Assembly: GCA_965603825.1 (NCBI GenBank)
Contig: CBFDEM010000004.1
Location: 682,001 to 746,000, forward strand
From: Blepharisma stoltei ATCC 30299
Taxonomy: Eukaryota; Protista; Ciliophora
Direction: 5' to 3'
Length of the DNA stretch: 64,000 bases
How positions within the stretch are numbered: the stretch's first letter is position 1; the number at the start of each line of letters is the position of its first letter. The translations under genes were made by a program, and so were the position numbers. The notes under the pieces were generated by a model. The model did not search any database. It was not told the DNA's origin and was given only the letters and a program-made list of their open reading frames with translations. Of this stretch, positions 23,836-36,468 are shown piece by piece.

Positions 23836-24388
23836 TTTACATTAGTATGGAAAGTTAGACCATATTTAACAAAAAGTAAAAATTCTTGTGAGGCTGTTCA
23901 GATAAGGGAGGTAATAAGAAATAAGCATAAAAATATGGAGAAATAAATAATCTGCGATAAAAATATGAATTTCACAACTGGTATTAAATTAAGGATTTGT
24001 ATGAGATAATTACTTATGATCTTATAGTAGCAAATGATTGAATAATTTTGAAGGATTTATCTGTCGATATAAGCAATATTAACTTTGTAAAAATAAGCTC
24101 GGAAAAGCTTTTCTCGAAATAATCTTTTTCCTTCTTTGAAGTAACTAATAGATACATTTTTTAAAATATCCATTAATTCTTTCCTTCAAATTTTATCCCA
24201 TAACCAAGTATATATTTAGAAAGCCTGAAATTTCTAACAAAGCATTAAGAGAATAAAAATTGGATTTTGGTCAATCATGATTCTACAAGATGAGAAATCA
24301 CTTATAAATCTTAATTATTTCTTGCATAAGGTTTCTTTTTAATAAAATTATAAATTAATCCATAATTATTCTTTAAGGTGTTTATTTA

Positions 24389-24919
24389 ATGGGACATGAG
24401 CTTGAATATCCCTGGTCACTTTACGTAACTAGGAGCAAGAAGAAAACCAGCCAACAAATAACTCTTCAAGCTTGGGAAGAACGTCTCAAAAAGCTCAGCA
24501 CATTTAAAGAAGCTGAAGACTTTTGGCAAGTTTACAATAACATCAAAGTCCCCACGGATATATATGGAAGAGGTGATTATTACTTGTTTAAAGGCGAAAT
24601 TTTGCCTGAGTGGGAGCACCCAACAAATGCAAACGGAGGAGCATGAATTCTGAGGACTGAATACTTGGAAAAAATCAATGAGCAATGGCTTAATACACAA
24701 CTAGGATTAATTGGATGCTTTTTTTTGGAGCTGATGCCTCATATATGTGGAGCTGAGATGTGTGTCCGCATGAAAAGGTTCAGAATTTGCTTATGGATAG
24801 ACACAATTGAAGAAAACATTGCAATAGAGATTGGGAGGAAATTTAAGGAATTGATTGGGCAGGAAACTGGATTAGAGTTCAAAAAGCACTTCGACGAAAA
24901 AGTTCTTTATACGATTTAA
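24389..24919 (+). CDS. eIF4E: Translation initiation factor eIF4E family
   Basis: HELEYPW, EDFWQVY, DYYLFKGEILPEWEHPTNANGGA[TGA=W], RICLW. Confidence 0.92.
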
Positions 24920-25700
24920 ATAGGAACTCAGCTAAAAATAATAGCTTAATTTTTTCATCACTCCCCGTTAAGTAAAATATTATGAGCTAGTCTTTGTTTG
25001 AACGTTATCAAACGTCATGTTAACTTCAGAAGTAGATTCAAAGCATATTTGATTCATCATAGTTCATGGAATAAGGAACGACATATAATATTTTATCTTA
25101 AAAGCATAATTGAGATTGATTCAATACGAAAATTATATTTGAGTTATTGTCCCAATATGCCAGGTTGATTAAAAAATTTGTCTTTAAAGACGACCTAAAT
25201 TTTCATTTTTACTAAAAATAAAATTATGATTATGGCACTTTGTTAAGCAAAATTGCATAATTTTTGAAGCTATGACTTTCTCTATATTTGAACCCACAAA
25301 TACATAATTTAGCAAGGTCTTATAAAATTAAATCTCTCTGCCAAGAATGACATCATATGAAATATTCTTTCATGATAATTTAAACATTTTACTTTTTTTT
25401 TCTAAAATCCTCCCTTTAGCCAAACTATTGATATTAAGCCATATGTGTTTTGGAAATGAGTTTCTGTGCTATTATTTACAAAAATTACTTTTCCTTGAAA
25501 AAATTTTATAAGTTTATTATAATAAATCTAAAATCATATCTGATCCAACTTAAAAATATTTTCCAACAAATTTCAATCCCTAGAGACAATTTTCAATCTA
25601 GATAATTGACATTCTCAATAAATATTTCCTTTTAATAGCATTTGTTCTCCAGCCAAGAGTTGACTTATTTTTCAAAAATGGTGCAATATTATAAAAAATA

Positions 25701-26147
25701 ATGGGAAGTTCATCATCAGTTTCTTCACAGGTTGAAATGCAGGAAAAGCAAAAATCTACCGTAAAACTTCCATACGAAGATGATTTCATTATCCAAATCC
25801 AATTACCGAACAAAGGTGACTGTTACGAATACAAATATCCTGCATTTAAGGATAAAATATCCTTTACTACTCTTATGAATTTATTATGCTTTGAAACCGA
25901 GTTTGATGAAGAATTAGATTCAAATTTCATATCCAGATATAATAAGTCAAAAGACAGATTCGAATATTTTGTTCAAAAACTTATGGGAATTGAAACTGAA
26001 GATGAGACTTCCCCGTATAAAGGAAAAATGTGGGTCGTCTATATAAATAATTCCCAATGGGATTGGGATGAAATTTGTGAGAAGGACCTTAATATCAAGA
26101 TCAAAGACAAAATCGTTTGGAAGTATCAAAAGTGTAATAATAAATAA
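25701..26147 (+). CDS. Putative N-myristoylated protein with DUF4430/transcobalamin C-terminal-like beta-grasp domain
   Basis: MGSSSS N-terminus; YFVQKLMGIE...WVVYINN...KIKDKIVWKY pattern. Confidence 0.6.
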   Translation: MGSSSSVSSQVEMQEKQKSTVKLPYEDDFIIQIQLPNKGDCYEYKYPAFKDKISFTTLMNLLCFETEFDEELDSNFISRYNKSKDRFEYFVQKLMGIETEDETSPYKGKMWVVYINNSQWDWDEICEKDLNIKIKDKIVWKYQKCNNK

Positions 26148-26791
26148 TGAAATAATTAGCACTAAGAAACTGTTTCAGGTTTGGAAAAAACACTTAAAGG
26201 GGTTTCTGTCACTTTCGGATTTAAATATGTAGAAGCTATAGTTGAAAATTAGATTCGTATTGCAAAAATTCTATTAAACTTCGTGATTAGGTTGAAAATC
26301 TGATATAATAATTATTCCTTATTTTAAAAATCTTTTATCAGAATTATTCAACTACTTTAAATAGTGTAATGAAGACACCAAGAAAAGAATTAGAAAAATA
26401 AGCGATATTTGAAAATTATATTATCAGAATAATTCCATCTATATAATTTAAATCTGACATAAAACTATTAAACCTGAGTATAATAAAATACTTTCATCAG
26501 AACTTATTCGGAATTATATAATACGGTTATTAATCAGTATTTTTCCTCTATCTAAATGTTTGATATCAATTACTTTATTATCAGATTTATAAATAAAAGA
26601 ACTGCTCAAGCAAAGACCTTTATACTCTTCAATGTCATTATCATTAATTTTAAATCCTGGTCAAAATATTTTAAGATTTTTATTAACTTTTTATTTATAT
26701 CTTAAATTAATATGAATTCAATTTCTAAAGTGGAATATCTTTAAGTGCTTTTTTAGGCTAATGAAATAATATTTAAAATAATTTTATTGCA

Positions 26792-27352
26792 ATGGCTTTT
26801 TGCTTTGTGCTAACCCCAGCTTTTTCAATGAACTCCCCAGATATTTCAACCCTCTCAAGCTCATGCGCTGACTCTTTGGGTGTAGAAGTCCAAGATATTG
26901 AACTTTTTACACTCGTCCCTTTAAAAGATATTACAAAATCAAGAGAAGTTGTAATAAAGGTGAAGCAGAATTCTTTTTCTCTATCTTTTATAGAAGATCT
27001 TCTTACACAGCGAGATCAGCTTCAACTTCAAGTGCAGCGATCAAGAGATGCTCTGATTGCTTACTCTCAAAAACTTGAACTCCAGCCAGATTTAAAAATC
27101 CCAATTGACGAAAAATATGCAAAGAAGTTAGCTAAGTTATCAGAGGATAACAAAAAACTTAGATTATTATTAAAGACTCAATTGGAAAATGCAGAAAAGC
27201 TTAGATCTGAGACTCAAAAAACAGTGGAAAATCTTCGTCAAGAGTTTGACACTCTAGTAAAAGAACTTCTCCAGGCAAATGAATCAAAAAATTTAAACCT
27301 CCCAAAGAATATTACAGATAAAAAGCTGTCAGTTCCAAGATTAAAGCTATAA
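26792..27352 (+). CDS. Coiled-coil protein of unknown function
   Basis: 186-aa ORF with heptad repeats. Confidence 0.7.
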   Translation: MAFCFVLTPAFSMNSPDISTLSSSCADSLGVEVQDIELFTLVPLKDITKSREVVIKVKQNSFSLSFIEDLLTQRDQLQLQVQRSRDALIAYSQKLELQPDLKIPIDEKYAKKLAKLSEDNKKLRLLLKTQLENAEKLRSETQKTVENLRQEFDTLVKELLQANESKNLNLPKNITDKKLSVPRLKL

Positions 27353-27474
27353 ATTTTTCCTGTTTTAAATTATTCATTTTAAATAGGCAATTTATTATAA
27401 TCATTTTATTTGCAACTCCTCAGCATATTCATATTTTGTTAAAACAATTGCTAATTAGTTGCCATTATTCTAAT

Positions 27475-28236
27475 ATGCTTAAAACAGCTTTAAGAAACTT
27501 CGGGACTTTAACATCCAAAAAGCCTGTTTACAAGAAGCTCCAAACAAGATTCAACAAGCTCTATGATGAAACGACAGCAATGCCTTTATTCTTGCGTTTA
27601 GCATGGCATGACGCAGGGACTTTTGACGCAGCAACTAAAACTGGTGGTCCTAATGGAAGTATCAGATTTGACAAAGAGCTCGCCCATGGTGCCAATGCTG
27701 GACTTACATGGGCAAGAGACCAAATTGTTATTATAAAGGCTGACTTTCCAGATGTAAATTACGCGGATTTGATCCAAGCAGGAGGATATATTGCTGTTGA
27801 GTACTGCAAAGGCCCAGCAATCGCTTTCAAATTTGGAAGAAAAGAAGCTCCTGATGATTCTCACTGCACCCCTGACGGAAGGTTGCCTGACGCCAAGCTA
27901 GGAGCTGATCATCTCAGAAGTGTTTTTGGAAGGATGGGATTCAATGATAAAGAAATCGTCGCTCTAAGTGGAGCACATACATTAGGGCTAGCTCACAAAG
28001 ACAGAAGCGGGTTTGAAGGGGAATGGACTACTAATTCCAATACATTTGATAACGCTTATTTCACTGAGCTGCTTAAACCCCAGCCCAACCCTAAACTTCT
28101 AAGACTCCCAACCGATGTGTGTCTACTGCACGACAAGAAGATGAGAAAATGGGTCGATAAGTTTGCATTTGATTCTGCCGATTTCTTCAAAGAATACGCT
28201 AAGGCTCATAAAAAGCTTTCTGAGCTAGGTAATTAA
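27475..28236 (+). CDS. APX: Ascorbate peroxidase / APx-CcP class I heme peroxidase, probable mitochondrial presequence
   Basis: RLAWHDAGT, GGPNGSIRF, ALSGAHTLG, HKDRSGFEGEW, FDNAYF; MLKTALRNF N-terminus. Confidence 0.92.
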   Translation: MLKTALRNFGTLTSKKPVYKKLQTRFNKLYDETTAMPLFLRLAWHDAGTFDAATKTGGPNGSIRFDKELAHGANAGLTWARDQIVIIKADFPDVNYADLIQAGGYIAVEYCKGPAIAFKFGRKEAPDDSHCTPDGRLPDAKLGADHLRSVFGRMGFNDKEIVALSGAHTLGLAHKDRSGFEGEWTTNSNTFDNAYFTELLKPQPNPKLLRLPTDVCLLHDKKMRKWVDKFAFDSADFFKEYAKAHKKLSELGN

Positions 28237-28345
28237 CTCAGTTTCTTAATTTTTTTCTATTTCCAGCTCGAAGTGCTTTCGCCTTCAGCGACTTGCGCTT
28301 GTCCTCGCGTGGGATATAGACTTTAATATGCATTAAACTATAAAA

Positions 28346-29134
28346 TTAACCTAGATGAGTAGGCTGATATAAATATGCAGGGGCTGAGTCTCCTTTCTTT
28401 AATTGAACTTTTAAGCGTTTACCAAGTACCTGATATCCATTAAGTGCTCTCACAGCATTAGTCGCACTTGTAGGATTATCATAAGTCAGAAACCCAAAGC
28501 CACGGCTTCTTCCAGAGTCTTTTTCTGTCATAATTCGGGCACTTGTGACTTTTCCGAATGGAGCAAAGTGAGCGACAAGCTCGGTTTCTGTTCATTCATT
28601 AGGAAGGTGAAACAAAAATAAATTGCACCCAGTCTTGGCCTGGGATGCTTGCTGGGATTTGGCCTGGATCGGGGATGATACTTGGATTTGGTCGACTGGG
28701 ATTACAAGGGCACTTTCAGGCTTTTCCCACTGGGTTTCTCCAGTTTGAGAGTTCCAGTAGTAAGGCCGCCCGTCTGAAGAAATGTACTCAACAAAAGTTG
28801 ATACATATTGAGGAGGGGCTTGCTTGTAGTCTGCAAGTCGTTCTTCTTCTCCATCTGCCCATCGGATTGTCAAGTTTTTCTGCTTAGAACTGACTAAAAA
28901 TTACCTTACAGCTGATCTTTCAAGTTCGCGAATGCATTTTTCAGCGTGGCTTTTTTTGGCAAACCTTACATATGCGCATCCGAGATCTGAATAAAAGTTA
29001 CTTTTGCCTTGGTCTTTGAAAGGTGACACATCAATTATGGTTCCAAAAGTTTCGAAGTATTCTTTTATGTTGATTTCGTCCCACTCTTTAGGGAGTTTTG
29101 AAACAAAAAGTTTTAAGTCAGGCTCAGACGACAT
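28346..29134 (-). CDS. CELF/Bruno/FCA-like RNA-binding protein (RRM-WW-RRM); two introns
   Basis: KLFVSKLP...GCAYV (RRM); GRPYYWNSQTGETQWEKP (WW); GCNLFLFHLPNE[W]...SRGFGF...KRLKVQLK (CELF RRM3-like). Confidence 0.85.
28890..28904 (-). other. 15-nt intron
   Basis: gtaatttttagtcag; removes a TAA and keeps frame. Confidence 0.85.
28987..29001 (-). other. 15-nt intron (in frame, stop-free)
   Basis: gtaacttttattcag just before RNP1; fits the consensus with A at position 10. Confidence 0.65.
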
Positions 29135-29408
29135 TTACTATTTTAATGATTATAGAGAGCCGAATACACTTCTTTAGATATGGAATTTTATTTTTTTTAG
29201 ATTAGGAAAAGAAAGATTTGGTTTTAGGCTAAAAATAGAGGGTTTAGAGGAAAGCAAGTTTGGTTAGCAGTAATCTTATTTATTTTTTAAAAATCAGGAC
29301 CGAAAAATTTAAATTAACTAAATACTGTGAAATAATATAAATAACGTATAGGAGTAAAAGTGATGTATATTTTAATAATAGAGGCTTCTTAAATAAATTA
29401 TACTTTAA

Positions 29409-31319
29409 ATGGAAAACGACGACCGAGCAGTCACAGCTCATTTTTATCTAGTTCTCAACAACTTAGTTCGTACAATTGATACTCTCCAATCTGAATTTTC
29501 GTCACGAACCCCTACAACTCACGAGCAATGGCATTCATCTCTGCTTCGAGCAATGGAAGAAGGCAATCGACAAAGATTTTTCGACCAATGGGAACGATAC
29601 ATCCCAGATGTCTGCAAAACAGGGGAATATGAAAAGCTTGAATTTTTTTCTCACATTTATTTCACGGTTTTGCCTTTAATCCATGGAAAGCGGGATATTT
29701 TTACCAATGAAATGAGGATTTTCAAAGATTTCCTCAATACAAAAGGGGCAGATTTTTGCAAGACGACAGAGTTTTTACCGTTTTATGCACTTCCACATAT
29801 TCCAAATCCTTTAAATCATCCGACTTTTAAGAAATATTTCAACCAAGCATGATGCAATCAGCTATTGGGAAAAGTGCAGGGTTATTTAAAAGAGCTTGCA
29901 ACAAGATTTTCTCTGCCTAAAGAACAAAGCTCAGAAGCTTCTAAGCAAGAAATGGCTAAAGCAAGACATAGAGAAGAGTATTTAAGGTCAGCTTTAATAG
30001 AGAGCAACACAAAATGGACAAATTTTGCCTTTACTCTGCTTGGAATATCTAAACAGCTATTAGCACACATTGGAGGGCTCGGAGAAGCTAATTTGCCATT
30101 AGTCAGGAAAAAGGTGTCAGAATATGAAAAATTCTTAATGAGTTCAGAAGATTCAGTCAGCAATGCTAGCTCTTTTCTTCCCGTTTCTCAAAAAGAGCAT
30201 TTAGCAAATTTAAACTATCAGATTGTGAAACGAGACCTTTTTAATTTGCAAGATGAAATAAAGGCTTGTGCTTTATTTCAAGCGTTGAGATGGAGGCTAA
30301 CTAGGACACCTGCATCAGTTAGAAGAGCGGTTTTGGATGAATATGTAAGAGAAGATATTCTTAAAATGGCTGATTCTGGACTATCTATTTTACTGCAAAG
30401 AGGAAACCCAAGAGTGATTGATTATGCTTGCAAGCTTGCAAATGTGATGGCAAGCGAAATTCAAGGGAGGAGCTACCTTTTAGCTGATTCTCAGTTGATA
30501 CCTACTTTAGTCTCAATATTAAGAAAAGAAACTCAAGACACTGTTTTAAGGCAAAACACAATCGGAATCCTACAGAAACTGTCCTTAAGAAGAAGGCCAC
30601 AGAGTGTGATGATTGAGTATAAAGTCATAGAATGGCTTATAAGCATCCTAGAGTCACCTCAAAATTTAAGTGAATATACCTTAGAATACAGTTCAGCCTT
30701 ATTAATGAACCTTTCTTTGCGTACAGCTGGCAAGAATGTCTGTGAAAAGCTTGACGTCTTACCTCTCCTTGGCACTTTAATGGAGCATGAAAACCCTAAT
30801 GTAAGAACTTATATCAATGGAACCCTTTATTCAATATTCACAAGACAAACTTTGAAAAGAAAAGCTAGAGAAATGGGGTTTGAGCAACATCTAGAAAAAC
30901 TCTATAATAGTTCAGAAGAAGCTTTCAAAAAACAAATTTACTTCGTATTGGAACAGCTCAGATGTGAGTATGAAGACAGCTGCTATTCAGATGAAGAGCA
31001 AGATGAAGAGGAGCCTTCTTTGAACCCGGATGAAGAAAGTGAGCAGATTTCTGATGATGAAGACATGGACGATTTACTTGATGCATCAGGGCTACTTGGA
31101 GAGGAGTTGCTGAGGCAGTATCAGACAAATCCTACAGAAGAGTCAATATCAAGAACATCATTTTATCAGAGGGCTCAGCAAAATTCAAACTCAACCAGTG
31201 TAAGAGCTTCGTTTATGGACATTGACCCAAATAAATCAAGTCCTCAAGATTTCAATGAAATAGTGCACGCATTCAAGCCCAGGAGTAAAATTCCTCGAAC
31301 GCCTGTCCATCAGAATTAA
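29409..31319 (+). CDS. ARMC9: ARMC9 (LisH/armadillo ciliary protein)
   Basis: EFLPFYALPHIPNP..HPTF, LFQALRWRLT, LQKLSLRR, EYTLEYSSALLMNLSLR, YINGTLYSI. TGA=Trp at 29850-29852. Confidence 0.9.
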
Positions 31320-31340
31320 TAATTAATCAATATAATTTAG

Positions 31341-33173
31341 TTACTTTAAAAGCCCTTTCGTAATTATTGATAAGAAAAGGCGAAGATCTATCACAGAAAT
31401 TTTTGTTTCTGCAATAATATTTACGATATCATCCAAGTCAATGTCGCTATGTCCTGGCCTTTGAACTATAGCACTTTTATGTGCAATTACAGCGCTGCAA
31501 ATTAAATTCCACTGCTTTTTGGCATAGTCAGGACATGATTTATTTTCAAAAAGACTTTCTAATGCATCAGCCATAGTATCAAATTTAATATCTTCTTTTT
31601 TTGTTATATCAAGATATTTAAATAAAAATACAACAATGTTGTATAGCTCAGCTCTTTCAAGAACCAATAAAATATAAAATAAAGAAAATTCTTTCCAAGT
31701 CATTTTATTGCCACTTAAAAGAGTTTCATTGATTCCTTTTAGGACTCCAAATGGAACAGAATATTTTAAGCACACAAGATATGGATCCAGACCATGGCTA
31801 TCGCCACATTTTAGCTGAAGCGAGCAATATTCAGTTGCTATAGTGATCATTTCGCTTCGAGTTAAGTAATTTTTGAAAGCTGCATCAACTGATTGGACCT
31901 CTTTTACTACATCTTTCATGTTAGGGAGCTTAGAAGGGGATTCCTTGAACTCCGGCTGAGCTGGGATTTGAAGATTCTGGGTCCTTAGTTTATTGATTTC
32001 AAATTTCAGTGAGGGTAAAAATGATTTCCGAAATCCTCCTGTGCCTTCTTTGATTTTATAGCCATTTAAAGGTCGTTCTGTATAATTTGCAGGTTTTTCT
32101 GGCTTGATTTCAAAGTTAGTTTCATTATTGGGAATTGATTTTCTGGAAGTTTTGGGCATACTCAGCTTCATCCCTTGAAAAAAAGCTTTTCAATTGATTG
32201 CTTTGGCTTCTTCAAGATTATTGAATAAGGGCATTGTAGAAGGCATATCGGATTTTCATCTGAATATTTGAGTACTTCTGCTGCGTTTGGAAACAGGCAG
32301 TATTTCAATAAGATTGCAGCATATTTTATTAGGTATAATACTGCCATCAGTGCTTTTTCTTTCATCTCTTTCTTTTATTGGTGATTCTTGCTTTTCATGA
32401 ACTTTTTTATCATTTGTTGGCAGTATATTTATTGTTCCTTCAAGTTTGGGATTCAGGAGTGATGCATTTATTATTATTTGTGCTTCAGGATCATAGCCAG
32501 TTAATGTTGGATTAAAATTCAATTTTTCCTTCGGGCTTATAATAAAAATATCGCTGTCTTCTGGAATTTCTTCAATTTTTGTCACTGGTGAGTCTTTGTA
32601 TGAGCAGTAAAGATAACGGAATGCATCATCATAGACCTCATCAACTGAGTTTCGATAATAATCTCGTATAATTTTGCAATCAGGGTTATTCATTTCAATA
32701 AATGCTAATAGTTTTCTTAGCTGAAAGCTAACTTGGATTTTAATATCGTTTGGGAGATAGTATACATAATTTCCAGCTTCTTCTTTTGAAGGCTCTAATT
32801 GAGATCTCAATGTTTTTCGTCTTTCTGAAAAAAGGATACTTTGAGAATTTATTCACTCATCATTTATATCTACAGAGGCCTTCTTTTTGGACAATTTTTT
32901 ACTTCGTAGTAATATAGAGGTTTGAGGAAGGCTTTTTCGCGGTAGTGGATATAATTTTCCTTCTCTGAGTGTGGACTTAGACTCTGCTTCGCTTCTCAAA
33001 TGATATTTGAGGCCATATGATTTAGCTTTTAAAGGAAACCCAATCTTTAAAGGCATGCTTTTGATGGATTTAGTTAGTTTTTCAGTGTCTTCCTTGAATC
33101 CAACATTTGCTCATATGTGGACTTTATTATCAAAGGGCGAAGTGCTTGAAGCTGTAATTTTATTATCGCTCAT
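31341..33173 (-). CDS. Uncharacterised protein with possible doublecortin-like domain and degenerate C-terminal EF hands
   Basis: Four ORFs in the same frame joined through four TGAs; RYLYCSYKDSPVTKIEEIPEDSDIFII; FKYLDITKKEDIKF. Confidence 0.65.
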
Positions 33174-34101
33174 ATAAAAATTAAATAAAATATATAGAGA
33201 TATTCCTATATTTATTTGAGGTTTTAAAATACTTCGTGATAAAACAATAAGAGAGTTACTAAGATTTAATGCAAATTTCCAGTTTAGATTATTTATAATT
33301 AATAAATAAATTTGCAAAGATTAAATGAGTAAAGAGTTTTATAACTGTCTAGCTATGTATAATAAACTTAATTATTTACTTCATTTTTAATGATACTCAG
33401 AAAAATGATAATGATTGGCTATGGCAAATAATAATTATATATATTATTCACTTATTTTTATAATTAAATTAAGAGCAGGTTTTATGATTGTATAATTATA
33501 GCCAACATAGCTTTAAAGCTAAACAATAAGAAAATAAATGAGATTTTGTAATAATTTTTAAGAACTGCTAGGTATAAAAATAATATGCCAATTGTTGAAT
33601 TAAAATTTTTAAGAATCTAATTAAGATCTATTAATAGCCTAGATGCCACAGCTCGCCTATAGGCAATACTACTCTTTCGTTTGATTATAATTTATTTTCT
33701 ATTTATTGATATTATTAATAAAAATTGAAATTTCCCAAAATAATACCTATCCTGATAGCTAGTTTTTTTTTTAAATCTAGATAGTAGCTTAGGCTTCACT
33801 ATCACTTAATTATTTAAAGTTTCTTTTTTATCATCGATTTTTACGATTTGAACCTTCAAATCTGATTTAAAATAATAAATTCAGAATCCATTCTCCATTA
33901 TTAAATACCCCGAATGACTTTGTCCATTCCCTTTAAATTCGTCAAATTTGAATTTTTCGATTCTGACACAAAATTTACTAATGAGTCAAATTCTTTTATC
34001 CTCACATTGACGCATCTTGAATTGCTTGCTGGTTTCCAGTGAAAAGTGAATTACAAATATCCATTTTGAATTCAAATTATGATGCTTTTATATAAATAAG
34101 A

Positions 34102-34542
34102 ATGCTAGGACAACAATTTAGTTGCTACTATACTTGGTGCGATAAAAGCTTCAACAGCAAGTACAACCTTAAACGCCATATAAACGCGACCCATATCGGT
34201 ATTAAAAAATTCAATTGCGAGGTATGCAGCAAAAAGCTAGTAAGCAAGCAAAATCTTACCGAGCACATGTACACACACACTGGAGAGAAGCCATTTCGGT
34301 GTGAAGAGCCTGGCTGCGGAAAAAGCTATCGGCAATCTTCACAATTGAGCGTTCATAAAAAGGTTCACAAAAGAAATCAAAAGAAATTAGGAGAAAAGAA
34401 AACGAAATCCAAAGAGATTTCGGACCAAGAGGAGAGAGACCAACTTAGTTTAGATGGCCTTGAACTGCCTCCAATCAATTTTGAAAGCTGCTTCAGACAG
34501 CAAAATATTAAATTGCCTATTTACCACTCACTGCTAATATAA
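34102..34542 (+). CDS. C2H2 zinc-finger transcription factor (3 fingers)
   Basis: Three CxxC...HxxxH fingers with an HTGEKPF linker. Confidence 0.92.
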   Translation: MLGQQFSCYYTWCDKSFNSKYNLKRHINATHIGIKKFNCEVCSKKLVSKQNLTEHMYTHTGEKPFRCEEPGCGKSYRQSSQLSVHKKVHKRNQKKLGEKKTKSKEISDQEERDQLSLDGLELPPINFESCFRQQNIKLPIYHSLLI

Positions 34543-35160
34543 TGTACCATTTTTCCATAAAATTACCATATTATTACCGTTAAGATTTTCTGATTAGATA
34601 CTGTAGATATAATAGCAGAGTTATATTTAGGGTCATTGCCTGTTGATTTGAAAATTTTCAGACGCCTTATAAATTTAATTGTTTATGATTTTAGATAGTC
34701 TTTTTATTCTGAAAAGATCAGATTTCCTTTATGATTTTTCAATAGAAAAATCCGGATATATAAATATGAAGTTAAAAAGGAAAATGGGTATAGAAATGAT
34801 ATTTTAAGATGGAATCAAATTGATATAAAATTAAAAGATTTACAGACTAAGTGTAAATCTAGAGAAAAGAGAAAATAATTGTTTTATGCAAATTTAATTA
34901 CAATTGCAAATAAAAATTAAATTATTTTGTAAAAAATAAAAGAAATATAAAACATGAGCAAAGATTTTGGGGTACAAATGAATTCACGAAAATTATTTAT
35001 GCAATATAGCTAACCTTTAGGTATTATTATGTTTTGATATCAATTTTTATTAAATTCTCTTTCATAAGAAATAAAGAATAATAGGAGAATGTAAATTTGT
35101 ATCAAATAAAAATTCCCATTTCGTAAATTTCTTATTTAAATTTCCTTATCTAATTAAGAA

Positions 35161-36231
35161 ATGACAGATAAAGAGAAAAAAGCATTTACCCAATGGCCAG
35201 GCACAAACAAGTTTTATTGTAGCGGAAGAATCATGATGGGGTAAATTCTAATTAGTCCTGATAATCACCGAGCTTTCATTACTTTTTTCCTAATCCTATG
35301 CCCAGAAATCGTCTATATTGCTTCCCCTTCAGTTTATTTTATAAAAGAGCACGATAATCCAGGACCTTTTCTTGTAAACCTATTTTTCACCATCCTATCA
35401 CTATTTTTCCTTTACAGATGTGCCACAAAGAACCCAGGATTCATTCCAAAACAAAAGCCACCCTTTGCCTGGGGACCATCAGGCGCTTTGACGATCCAAG
35501 AATTAATGGAAGATTCATTCAAACCTAAAGAGGTCCCATGCGAAGGAAACCTTGTAAGACTGAAGTACTGCGTCACATGTAACATTATTAGGCCTCCGAG
35601 GGCTTCCCATTGTTCTGACTGTGGAGTTTGTGTGGAAAAATTTGATCATCATTGCCCATGGTTAGGAAACTGTGTTGCTAAAAGAAATTATAGAGAATTT
35701 ATAGCATTTTTGATATCAACTTCTATGTTAGATATTTCGACAATGGGATTCTGCATATACCACATTGCTGATGTATGGACAGGGGAAGGATCAGGGACAT
35801 CTGCTTTTGCAAGTGCCATGCAGCAAACAGGCCCTTCTGTAGCGCTACTCTTATATGGATTTTTGGTATAGTCTATTTAGGCATTTTGATTTGTAGTCGG
35901 GCTAACTATGTTTCATATGTATTTATTGTTCACAGGACAAAGCACACATGAAAAAATTAAAGGAAATTTCAAGATAATGGGAGAAAATCCGTACCACAGA
36001 GGAAATTATATAAATAATTGTATGAAGGTGATCTATGGCCCAACTCCTCCTCAACACTTTAATTTGCGTGCACCTGCTGCAAAAAGAGAAGATCATATTG
36101 AACTGTCTCACAGCAAATTAGCAATGGTAGCTGGAGCTAATAATAATGAAGAAAAAGCGGCAGGAACTATATCTCCTTCAGAAATTCATATTGTTAGAGA
36201 AAACTCTCCTGATGGGCATGACAGTCGCTAA
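35161..36231 (+). CDS. DHHC palmitoyltransferase (ERF2/ZDHHC9-like); two introns
   Basis: WPGTNKFYCSGRIMMGP; KYCVTC...RASHCSDC...DHHCPWLGNC...RNYR; STHE; NPY. Confidence 0.93.
35241..35255 (+). other. 15-nt intron
   Basis: gtaaattctaattag; removes a TAA. Confidence 0.88.
35866..35880 (+). other. 15-nt intron
   Basis: gtatagtctatttag; removes a TAG. Confidence 0.85.
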
Positions 36232-36468
36232 TGATAATTTATTTATAAATTTTTATCAGCTAACTAGAATTGCTATAACTTGCATAGTAATATAGCAAGT
36301 GCATTACTTAGAAAGTAGTTAATACTTTAAGAATATTTTATATTTAGATATCGATTTAATTAATTTGTAAAGTGAATATGGCATTTTCATGCAGTATTGC
36401 AAAGACCTAAAAACTTTTGTTTGAATTAGTCTTTATTGTGCAAATCAAAAAAATTAATTAGATAATAA

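Noticed and set aside
28262-28320. U5 snRNA loop, HDV-like or hammerhead ribozyme, or tRNA in the GC island
   Set aside because: Only short partial matches (CTTTCGCCTT, TCCTCGC, CTGA..GAAA). The required loop sequence and pairings could not be completed.
28894-28909. Alternative overlapping 16-nt intron gtaaggtaatttttag in the CELF-like gene
   Set aside because: It lacks the A at -6 and frameshifts; the 15-nt intron 28890-28904 fits the consensus.
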